A DNA stretch of 64,000 nucleotides. Origin: Microbotryum violaceum. Taxonomy: Eukaryota. The stretch's first letter is position 1. Every line of letters starts with the position of its first letter. The notes beneath the pieces were generated by a model. The model was not told the DNA's origin and ran no database searches. It saw nothing but the letters and a program-made list of their open reading frames with translations. Positions 38,185 through 48,068 of this stretch are shown here, in pieces. Location: assembly GCA_001244265.2 (NCBI GenBank), contig CDLV01000009.1, positions 310,001-374,000 of the forward strand, in the 5' to 3' direction. A program made the position numbers and the translations under genes.

Positions 38185-40822
38185 TCAGTCCGTGTAAGCC
38201 CCCTCATCCGCACCCTTGACGTCCTGTAGTGAAAGACCACCCAAGCAAGAGGATCGATCAGGTTTTTCTGCCGCAGAGCCAAGGACCGCATTACCCGACG
38301 AGTTCTCGTACTTACTCGAGCATATCTGTACAATACTCCCCTACGGTGCTTATGCGCCGGTGCTTTCCAACCCTTCTTCCTCTCCTCCAGCGTCTTGTCG
38401 TCGACCTCGGCAGTGATTTCACGTGTGACGGCGTCGATGTGGATCATATCACCGTCTTGAACGAGGGCGATGGGGCCTCCGATTGCGGCTTCGGGAGTAA
38501 TGTGGCCCTACGATGGGAGGAGATCCGAGGGAGATTTTTTTATTTTTATTTTTATTTGTCAGTCGGTGGACGCTCGGAGTGCGGAAAGTATGAGGGGACA
38601 CGTACAATGATGAAACCCCTCGACGCTCCGGAGAACCTTCCATCCGTCAACAAGCAGACCGAGCCTCCGAGTCCAGCACCCATCAAAGCTCCCGTTGGGC
38701 CCAACACTATTGTAAAGCCAGATCAATTAGGCTTCAAAGATGGTTGACGAACTTCCTAAAGTCTGACTGCATGTGGACTCACTTTCTGGCATACCCGGTC
38801 CACCTTTAGGGCCCAGGTACCTCAACACCACGGCCATACCAGGCTTAATCTCCCCCTTGCACAAAGCGGGGTAAAAGGACGGCTCGTCGTCGAAGCACTT
38901 CGCTGGGCCGCGGAACGAAAGGCCTTCTTTGCCTGTGACCTTGGAGACGGCGGACTTGGGGGCTAGGTTTCCTTTCAACTGTAATGATCCGAGTGGCGAA
39001 TAGGTTCATTTTCTGGGGTTTCCTCAAGTATGGTAGGGCCACTTACGATCACAAGATGACCCGTCGCTTTGATCGGCTTGTTCAACGGACGAACAACATC
39101 CTGTTTCTCGAAATCGAGATCCTGCGCATCCTCAACATTCTGCCCCAACGTCTGCCCCGTCACAGTCATCTGCGACCCATCGATCAAATCCGTCTCCTTG
39201 ATGAGGTACTTCAAAATCGAAGGGATCCCACCGATCTTGTGCAAATCCTCCATCACATAAGCTCCGGAGGGTTTCAGATCGCACAAGACAGGGGTCTTGT
39301 TGGCGATAGCGACGAAATCGTCCGTTGTCAATGGGATGTCGGCGGATCGAGCGATGGCTAAGAGATGAAGGACTGAGTTGGTCGAGCCACCGATGATCAT
39401 GCACATGGTGATGGCGTTGAGGAAGGATTGTCTCGTCATAATGTCGCGAGGCTTGAGGTCCTTCTCCAGGAGGATGCGCATGAACTTGGCGGCTCGGAGA
39501 CATTCTTGTTGCTTCTCTGTGATCCATACGGCAACAAGAACCAAGGTCTGAGAAAACGAAGCCAGAAAGAAGCAAGGCCGTCACTCACCTGGATACTCGG
39601 CGGGGATCGACGACGAGTAAGGCAAGCTCATGCCGAGCACCTCGAGCACCGTGCTCATCCTGTTGAGCCCTCCTCGTCCATATCTCAGTCCCATTTCAGA
39701 CGCACCCAAAGCCTCTCCACACTCACGTATTAGCCGTGAACATGCCTCCACAAGCCCCCGCACCGGGACATGAGTGCTTGACGACGTCATCCCTCTCTGC
39801 ATCGCTGATCCTTCCCGTCGCCCAAGCGCCGTAGGATTCGAACGCATCGCCGATGGTGATGTCCTCCCCTTTCTTAAATCCCATCGAAGGACAGTCGATC
39901 GTGCGTTTACCCGCGGCAATCGTGCCTCCGTAGATGATGAGCGTGGGTTTGTTGTGGCGGGCAGCGGCCATGAGACAGCCGGGCATCTGGATGGGTTTCT
40001 CAGCCGATGGCAAAATGGTCAGCTTGGTCGGAGATGCTGAGTGAAGTAGAATGAGAGCTCACATTCTTGTCACATCCCGGAATGGAAATGTTGCCATCGT
40101 AGCTCTGGGCGGTGACGATCATCTCAATCGCGTCGGCGATCAAGTCCCTGCTCGGCAGAGAGAAACTCATTCCAGGGTTGCCTTGGGTCTGTAAGACTCT
40201 TCATCACGATTAGAAGGTACTCATCGCGGGGCAAGCCCGCAACAAACTCAACAACATACCTGACCATCCGAAACCCCAATCGTCGAGTGCTGCAGTCCCA
40301 CCAGCCCCTCCAACTCGCACCCCTTGGCAACTTTATCCCCCAAACCTCTCAGATGGGCGTTGCAAGGGTTGCCCTCGAACCAGATGGACGAGATGCCGAT
40401 TTGAGGTAGTTTCATCTGCTCGTCCGTCATTCCCGTGGCGTACAGCATGGCTTTTCATGAAACAGATGCGCATCTTTAGGTTAGTACCGATCGGCCAGGG
40501 CGAAAGGGGTCTGGAGTAAAAATCGTCTCCTCGCCGGTGACCCGCCGGGCCGGAAAGTCGGTCCGACGCGGTCACCGATGCGTGGGGGGAAAAGTTCCGA
40601 GCGCTCACCTTTGGCGCCACCGTTGGTGACATCCTGAGTGAACAGGCGCGAGTACTTGTTGAGACTGAGTGAAGTTCATATTGTAGTGTGGTCAGCAAGC
40701 TGTTGTCCGAAAGGACGGAGAGGTGGGGAAGTTGTGGTCGTCGACGACTCGATGTGGGGTGTGGGGCGACACGACGGCGCGATTCCGCGCGGTCTAACTT
40801 GGCAGAACGCGCACGGTGGCAT
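38185..40822 (-). CDS. ILV3: Dihydroxy-acid dehydratase family (IlvD/Ilv3-like), apparently lacking a mitochondrial presequence
   Basis: [83 protein letters not shown]-stop. Confidence 0.9.
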
Positions 40823-41169
40823 GGCTTGATGTTCTTGGTAGCAGACGAGTCCATGGCGCTTTGCGGGCCATTGCCGACCATGGGCACCAGATTGTTCTAG
40901 AAAGCTTACACGACACCTTCTGAATGAGCTTGTGAGGACATTATGGAGTGCGGGAGTGACTGTCGTATGTGATTGGCGCGTGCCGGGAGGATGAGGAACA
41001 AGGACTAACGGCCGGAACCAACCTTCCGGCGCTCGGCGCTCGGCGGGCTACTGCGCCGAATTATGATCGTCACTCCGAGGCGACAGCCATGAAAAGCACA
41101 GTTACTCTTCCGTCAACACTACTGGCATAATTATTTTAGATTTTTCTTCTTCTACCGTTCTTCTGCCCG

Positions 41170-41217
41170 GCAATCCACTTTTACTCCAGCCTTGCAATCC
41201 ACTTTTACTCCAGCCTT
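41170..41217. repeat. 24-bp direct tandem duplication (GCAATCCACTTTTACTCCAGCCTT x2)
   Basis: Read directly from the sequence. Confidence 0.85.
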
Positions 41218-41481
41218 ACCCAATGACCCCCCACGTGCAGTGGCAGTATCACCAGTGGTGAGCCGTTGGCAGGACCCGGTCGCGCTGGGCCCTGTCGAGC
41301 CGCGACACCGCTGCCAAGCTCGGCGCGCACCGTCGCTCGTCGAGCGTCTCGTGTCGGCCAAGTTATACGACGAGCACTGTCTCCGACTGAACGTCGTTTG
41401 TGCGAAGCTTCAGTGATATAAAAAATGACTCTGGTTTGGGCTTGGGGACAAATTCCCCCAAGCTGATACGGCCCTGCGAAG

Positions 41482-41556
41482 AAACCGGCGGGGCAGCGCA
41501 AGCAAGGGGAGGCAAACCGGCGGGGCAGCGCAAGCAAGAGGAGGCAAACCGGCGGG
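41482..41556. repeat. ~32-bp tandem repeat (AAACCGGCGGGGCAGCGCAAGCAAG..GGC) x~2.3
   Basis: Read directly from the sequence. Confidence 0.85.
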
Positions 41557-41740
41557 CGGGCGGGAAAGCATAGGATCTGAAGTTTCGAGCGAGCAACAGC
41601 TGATGTTGCGAGCAGAAGAAATTACGTCTAGCATGAGGGAGTGATTCACACCGCACTTGCTTTTCGACTCGCTCGGGGCCCCCGTAGGTCGCCTCTGGTC
41701 GCCTTTGGCAACCAGCCATTTCCGCCGCGCCAGCTAGGAG

Positions 41741-42833
41741 CGTTCGCTTCTTCGCCCCTCTCCTCTCGCCCCCTTACGCAACTCGCCACGCCGCCTCGTT
41801 CGCACCTCTGCGTCAGGTTACACGTGAACAGCATTCTCAAATCACTTCCATCAATTTCGTCCCGCAACTCCGCGACCATTGACTGGCGTGGTTGTGCTGA
41901 GCAAGCCGAGGGAGACTTGGAACTACAACAACTCGAAGCCGAGCGCGATCTTGCCTGCGCGCAGCGTGACGTTCTTCAAGCACGAGTTGCTGCGCTCGAG
42001 ATCGCAAACGAGGGCATCAGAGGAAGGAATGAGTATTTAGAAAACCGCGATCGCGTCAAGGTAGAGCATGGTAAGTGTACCAGCTCGTCCCCAAGATTCA
42101 ACCTGTGTCTGCCGGAGCTAGCACGGACCGCTTTAGACCTTCTGCTGCTAGGCCAGTGCTACGGTGGACTCTCATCTCGCAAACCCCCTCGCAAACCTCT
42201 TGCAATACTCACTGAATCATTTTTTGAGCCTCGTCAAAACGACCCTGTGGATTGCAGAAAACAAGTCATCGCTATCGGAAGTTAGTCGTAAGCGTGTGCT
42301 CAACACGACGCAGCCTTCAAACAACGACAACCACACCGAGCACCTCTCCACCGACCCCACCTGCCTCAAGCTCCAAAACGAGCTGCAAGTGTACGTACGA
42401 CAGGAAGCCATCAAGGACCACCTGCACTTGATGAAGCTGGACGACGGCAAGGACGACCCCGAGGTCAACATCAATACGACGGCGCTGCGTGAGGTCAAGA
42501 TCGAGGCGGCCCACGGGGCCATGGCCAAAATTGAGCAGCGCAGCAACGGAGCCGTCAAGCCTGGCATGGCCCACCGTGACTACTCTGAGCGTCGCCGAAG
42601 TCGCATTCTCTAGCATTTTCGAGGCCGGCGTTGCTTTCGGCTCACAGCACAACGTTAGGGTCCAGCTCAATTTGCTGTCGATGTCATCGAAGTGAGGTAC
42701 CCTGCTCTGCAGATGTGGCCGGCTACTTCGCTCGTCGTCAAGCAACTTCTCGCCACCAAGATTGCGAATGTGGCCAAAGTTCCTCCACCGCCACTAAACG
42801 TTGCAAAGGCTTGAAGCACAACGTCGCTGCGAG
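41741..42833 (+). pseudogene. Left arm of long inverted duplication; frameshifted copy of an unknown spliced coiled-coil gene
   Basis: 41741-42557 is the reverse complement of 46240-47060 (ORF-track peptides identical). 42558-42833 is a diverged reverse complement of ~42905-43179, with frameshifts. Confidence 0.7.
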
Positions 42834-43404
42834 TCATTATGCGAGTCTTGGTGTCATTATGCGAGTCATCAACCATGACCTCGAAGCTTTTGGCGCTCGC
42901 AGAATCACTCGCAGTGACGTTGTCGTTCAAGCCTTTGCGACGTTTGGTGGCGCGGGTGGAGGAACTTTTCGCCACATTCGCAATTTTGGTGGCGAGAATT
43001 TGCTTGACGACGAGCAAAGTAGGCGGCCACATCTGCAGAGCCGGGTACCTCGATTCGATGATATCAACAGCTAATCGGACCCTGCTATCGTTCTGCGAGC
43101 CGAACGCAATGCCGGCCTTGAAGACACTGGAGGTTGCGAGTTCGGCAATGGTAGTAGTTACGGCGGGCCATGTGAGCGTTGTTGGAATCAACGAGGATCC
43201 CGAAATGATCAACAAAAGAATAAGAACGGCTGGACCAGGAGGTCGAACCTGGGTCGCTTCCATTAATCGGAAAAGCTTTGACCTCTAAGCTATCCGGCCC
43301 CCGATATCAGTGCAAGGTCTACTAACACCTTCAACACTTCCCCTTAGACCTTTGCACTGTTCTACAAAAAAAAAATGCTGCCAGGCTATTGCAATGCGTC
43401 GACT

Positions 43405-46035
43405 CTAAGTCCTAATTGGACTCTGTGTCAAGCTTCTGCGGCAGCTCCGGCTGCTCTGTGCGGCGTCACTGGAGAGATTTACATGAAAGGTTCTATAATA
43501 GATCCTCACAGTTCCCCTAGTCCAGACCTGGTACGCTTCAAGTTCCTCGATCCCGCAGATGCCCTCGGTGGTTCCTTGAACGATCGACGAAAGGTTGGTC
43601 CACCCATTGCATTCTTCGAGGTTGACGACGACGCTGAGGACTTGCTCCCATTCTGGAAGCTCGTTGAGGGGAATTACGTCTCCCAAGATGGTCCCCAAGT
43701 CGACGAACATGGCTTGCTGCTCTGCCCCCCCTCGACGGCGGGACCCTGCAGGAGCACCCCAGCGCTCGGCCAACTCGGAGGTCCGCTCCGTCGTAGGTAC
43801 CACCGGTTCGTAGCCATCAGGAATCGGATTCAGATCAGGTGGGTCGTTGTCAGCATCGTCGTCAAGAAAAGGAGACGGACGACGGGAGGCGACGGGAGGC
43901 GGTGCTCCACCGTCGCCAGCAACAGGAGCGGGCGCTCGACCGTTGGGAACAACAGGAGCTGGCGCTCGGCCGTTGGGAGCAACAGGAGCTGGCGCTCGAC
44001 CATTGGAAACAACAGGAGCCGGTGCTCGACGGGTGGGAACAATGGGAGTAAGCTCTTGAACATTGCTGTGTTGAACTCTATCGCCTGGAGCGCGCTCGCA
44101 ACCAGGTGCAGCGGGAGTGTACTCACGATCAGGAGCCCTTGCTCGACCGACCGGAGGAGGAGTGTTATCTCGACTGTTGCCGTCCGGAGCAAACGCTCTA
44201 CGGGCAGCAATAGGAGCCGTCGCTCGATCGTCTGTGCCAGGAGCCTGAGCTCGACCGGCCCCGTCGAGAGAAAAATCTTGTTCAACAGCATCATCGCCGT
44301 CGATGTCGAGGGATCCGGTCGGAGGATCGCCGAAGAGGGTAGTTGGCGAATCCTCACGAAGATCAGCGTCGTCCGAATTTCCCCGGTGAAGTTCGAATGA
44401 GCTCTCGTCGAAGTCCGCGTCATCCGATACGAACACAGTGTTGGTGTCGGGCCGCCAGAACATCCTTCCCTGCTCCGCGTAGCCAATGAAACGAGCCTTG
44501 ACTCTTGGCGGTTCGATCTTCGAGGCACGACGTTCTGGCGCAATCCGGACGTACGCCACGCAACCCCATACGCGAAAACGCGAGACATTGGGTTTGCGAA
44601 GGTGGTACATTTCGAAGGGTGTCGAACCCGGTAACGCCGCGGTAGGTCGACGATTGCTCCCATAGGTAAATGCGGTCGCCGCAAAGGCCCAGAAGGACAA
44701 CGGTAACCCCGAGACCAGGAGCCAGATCCGCACCGTCTCGAACATAGTGCGCCATCCTCGTTCGATGACTCCGTTCTGATAGTGGGCGTATGGAACTGTG
44801 GTCCTGTGCTCGATGCCCCGCTCCCGAAAGAATGCCTTCAGCGAGTTGTTGACGAACTCTCCACCATCGTCGGAGTGGAATATTGCCACGTTGCAGTCGC
44901 GACTTCGCTCGACTCGCTGAATGAACTCAACGACGAGAGCAGTGACGCTGGACTTCTTTCCGATCGGAAAACTCCATCGGAAACGCGAGTAGTCGTCGAC
45001 CAAGCCTAAAACCATGACCTCGCCGGCGAAGCTCTCGTGGCGCACCGGACCCCAGAGATCGGCGTGAATGGCGTGGAGTGGCTTATCGGCGCGGGAAGCC
45101 GGACCTTTCGAGATATTGGCGTGAACACCTCTTCCTTGCATGCAACCATGACATTTTGCTACGTCAAAATCTTCTTCCTTGATGCTCAACCCCATAACAG
45201 TCTCCTTTCGTTCCATCTCCAGCAGATAAGGCATATTCAGATGACCGAATCGTTGATGCCAAATTTCGCGATCTGCGGAGTTGGAACGTACGGAGACCGT
45301 CAGCGATTGTGCCTCGGTGGGGTTGAGGTTAGATAGACGAGCCTGAAAGATGTATTTTGATCCGACTAGTTGAGCGATGGCGAACGTCTGGCCGTCCTTG
45401 CTGAACTCGCAGCGGCCTTCTTCCATTTCGATGCGGACGCCCTGCTTGCACAACGAGGGTCCCGAGATAAGATTGACGACGAAGTTGGGAACGTGGAGGA
45501 CGTCGGCGATGGTCATCTTGGAGGTCGTGCCGTCAGCGAGTGCGAACTCGGCAGTGAGAGTTCCTCGCCCTACCGCCGGAGTGCGCGTTCCCGCTGCATC
45601 GATCATGAAGATCGGGCAATCTAACGTCGCATAGTCGCTCAACATGCATTTGTCGTTGACAAGCGACGTAGTGGCGCCGGTATCAAAAATCAGCTCCGGA
45701 GCCTCGGCCGTCGCCGCGCGAAAAATCGTCTGCTCGCGCACTTCCGCCGCATAGTTCGTGAAATGGAAGGAAGCACCCATACGATTCGCGAGACTCATGG
45801 GAACAGGATCCTCGACGAAGTATGTTCCATGACTTGCTACTGGAACGTTGATGTCGAGCGACTGGAGAAACGCAATCCTGTCACCCGTCGGGTTCCTTGA
45901 GTCGCATGCCGCCCGGCGATGGCCGAAGCCGAAGCAGTTCACAAATTGATTGTTTGCACACATGAACTTTCCGCCAACGATCTTGCCCCACTTGTCGGAG
46001 TTGGCGTAGTGTTCCGCGCGGGTTTTGGCTCCCAC
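43405..46035 (-). CDS. Copia-type polyprotein fragment: degenerate zinc knuckle, aspartic protease, HHCC, DDE integrase, SH3; no RT/RNase H
   Basis: FVNCFGFGHRRAAC; IFDTGAT; WHQRFGH..CHGC; HADLWGP..SDDGGEF-x35-E(QNGVIER); FRVWGCVAYV. Confidence 0.9.
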   Translation of the reverse strand: MGAKTRAEHYANSDKWGKIVGGKFMCANNQFVNCFGFGHRRAACDSRNPTGDRIAFLQSLDINVPVASHGTYFVEDPVPMSLANRMGASFHFTNYAAEVREQTIFRAATAEAPELIFDTGATTSLVNDKCMLSDYATLDCPIFMIDAAGTRTPAVGRGTLTAEFALADGTTSKMTIADVLHVPNFVVNLISGPSLCKQGVRIEMEEGRCEFSKDGQTFAIAQLVGSKYIFQARLSNLNPTEAQSLTVSVRSNSADREIWHQRFGHLNMPYLLEMERKETVMGLSIKEEDFDVAKCHGCMQGRGVHANISKGPASRADKPLHAIHADLWGPVRHESFAGEVMVLGLVDDYSRFRWSFPIGKKSSVTALVVEFIQRVERSRDCNVAIFHSDDGGEFVNNSLKAFFRERGIEHRTTVPYAHYQNGVIERGWRTMFETVRIWLLVSGLPLSFWAFAATAFTYGSNRRPTAALPGSTPFEMYHLRKPNVSRFRVWGCVAYVRIAPERRASKIEPPRVKARFIGYAEQGRMFWRPDTNTVFVSDDADFDESSFELHRGNSDDADLREDSPTTLFGDPPTGSLDIDGDDAVEQDFSLDGAGRAQAPGTDDRATAPIAARRAFAPDGNSRDNTPPPVGRARAPDREYTPAAPGCERAPGDRVQHSNVQELTPIVPTRRAPAPVVSNGRAPAPVAPNGRAPAPVVPNGRAPAPVAGDGGAPPPVASRRPSPFLDDDADNDPPDLNPIPDGYEPVVPTTERTSELAERWGAPAGSRRRGGAEQQAMFVDLGTILGDVIPLNELPEWEQVLSVVVNLEECNGWTNLSSIVQGTTEGICGIEELEAYQVWTRGTVRIYYRTFHVNLSSDAAQSSRSCRRSLTQSPIRT
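43921..44040. repeat. 30-bp x4 coding tandem repeat (xPNGRAPAPV) in the post-integrase linker
   Basis: AACAGGAGC.GG.GCTCG units read directly. Confidence 0.9.
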
Positions 46036-47720
46036 GCGAGTACCGGTGCGACCATGTCCTCCCGAGCGGTAACTACTCCTGGTGGGACCCGCGTGGCCCC
46101 TAGGCTGACCAGCTGTCGCGAATGCGTGGGGTTGCTGTCGACGCAGTCCGCGCCTCCCTGGCCAAAATGGCTTAAACTACTCAGAAACCCCAAAGACGCT
46201 TCTAGCCATTACTGCTCGCGCAGTCCCTTCCAACAAGCGTGACGGCTCCGTTGCTGCGCTGCTCAATTTTGGCCATGGCCCCGTGGGCCGCCTCGATCTT
46301 GACCTCACGCAGCGCCGTCGTATTGATGTTGACCTCGGGGTCGTCCTTGCCGTCGTCCAGCTTCATCAAGTGCAGGTGGTCCTTGATGGCTTCCTGTCGT
46401 ACGTACACTTGCAGCTCGTTTTGGAGCTTGAGGCAGGTGGGGTCGGTGGAGAGGTGCTCGGTGTGGTTGTCGTTGTTTGAAGGCTGCGTCGTGTTGAGCA
46501 CACGCTTACGACTAACTTCCGATAGCGATGACTTGTTTTCTGCAATCCACAGGGTCGTTTTGACGAGGCTCAAAAAATGATTCAGTGAGTATTGCAAGAG
46601 GTTTGCGAGGGGGTTTGCGAGATGAGAGTCCACCGTAGCACTGGCCTAGCAGCAGAAGGTCTAAAGCGGTCCGTGCTAGCTCCGGCAGACACAGGTTGAA
46701 TCTTGGGGACGAGCTGGTACACTTACCATGCTCTACCTTGACGCGATCGCGGTTTTCTAAATACTCATTCCTTCCTCTGATGCCCTCGTTTGCGATCTCG
46801 AGCGCAGCAACTCGTGCTTGAAGAACGTCACGCTGCGCGCAGGCAAGATCGCGCTCGGCTTCGAGTTGTTGTAGTTCCAAGTCTCCCTCGGCTTGCTCAG
46901 CACAACCACGCCAGTCAATGGTCGCGGAGTTGCGGGACGAAATTGATGGAAGTGATTTGAGAATGCTGTTCACGTGTAACCTGACGCAGAGGTGCGAACG
47001 AGGCGGCGTGGCGAGTTGCGTAAGGGGGCGAGAGGAGAGGGGCGAATTCGGAAGCGAACGTCGAACGCGACAATTCACAGCGCGCCGGCGAAGTTGTGTG
47101 TTTTGTTGAGCTAGGTATAACGACGCTGAGGGAGAAGCGATTGCTTTCTTTGGTCGATGTCTTCACAGTTGCCATGGACATCCGGGGGTCGTGCCAAAGA
47201 TTCGATGTGGATGGTCCTCGCACCCTCAGCCTGATCGGCGTCGAGCGTCTCCGCCAAGTCGTGTCCATCATCCCGAATACGATGCGGTCGCCTCCCACCG
47301 CGGGCGAGCTTGCGCAAGGCGCAGGGCCAGCTGTAACAGCTCCCAACACATATGCGAAATCTGTGTTTCCACCTTCAACTGCGACCCCTCTGCACCGAGT
47401 CGACGCCTGGCACTGACACGAGGCAGAGCGCTCTCCATTCGGTGGTCCGGTTGAAGATACAGGGGCCCGGTTTTTCCAATTGCTCATTAGCTTCAATCCT
47501 TTAGAAACCTTCCAAGACCACCACATGTTCGAATCTGGAGATGGTACACGTTGTTAGGTTGATGTATGTAATCAGAGCACCACTCGAGACTATATCACGA
47601 GTTGTTGGCTGAACTAGCTAAGGTCTCAAAGTCAGGCTGTTCTCGCTTAATTAGTCTACGAGCCAACTGGTCAATGCAGGGCGTAATGGAGCATTTCCAA
47701 GTTGGCGACCTCGTGCAGTT

Positions 47721-47806
47721 GCAACCGCAGTTGGTAATCCGCGCAACCGCGGTTGCGCTGCGGTTAACTTCGGCGCAATCGTCCAACCGCGGTCAACTGC
47801 GGTTGC
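47721..47806. repeat. Nested palindromes built from AACCGC/GCGGTT motifs
   Basis: 13-bp perfect inverted repeat 47721-47733 / 47794-47806 enclosing the perfect 18-bp palindrome GCGCAACCGCGGTTGCGC (47741-47758). Confidence 0.85.
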
Positions 47807-48068
47807 GTGGATTTCCCCCGTAGGGCCCGGTCGGCGCTCGGCGCGTTCGTTAGCTGAGCCTGGCCTCCGCGTCGTCGTGCTGGCTCGAGCGCCAAAAGAC
47901 GCGCGACTTGTTCGCGCCGAGGTTCGCTCTGATTGGTGACCACGCATCTCAGCGACAGAGCTTCGAGCTCCCCGTATCGCCTCGCACTCTGGTTTTGGAG
48001 CCTAGTCTGGCACATCAACATCAGAGACTAGGATCTCAGCACCCGTGGACTTGTGCGAGGTCGAGAGA

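Larger units (their letters stand above)
43180..46235 (-). mobile_element. Ty1/Copia-derived element, 3,056 bp, RT-less, TGTTGGAA inverted termini, 5-bp TSD AGCGT
   Basis: TSD at 43175-43179 and 46236-46240; TG..CA ends; PPT-like AAGGGGAAG (43345-43337) before a single LTR-like 157-bp block (43336-43180); PR-IN ORF. Confidence 0.9.
42905..47060 (-). pseudogene. Right arm of the inverted duplication; same unknown gene interrupted by the Copia-derived insertion
   Basis: Removing 43180-46240 restores a continuous frame ...EQRSNGAVTLTWPAVTTTIAELATSS...KRRKGL. Confidence 0.7.

Noticed and set aside
43921-44040. Regular 30-bp repeats resembling a CRISPR array
   Set aside because: Contiguous in-frame coding repeats without spacers; eukaryotic context, no cas genes.
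43375-44400. 341-aa plus-strand ORF inside the Copia-derived element
   Set aside because: Antisense to the repeat-rich linker; no recognisable domain.
46915-47526. 203-aa minus-strand ORF next to the right palindrome arm
   Set aside because: May hold 5' exons of the duplicated gene, but no motif or reliable splice path was found.
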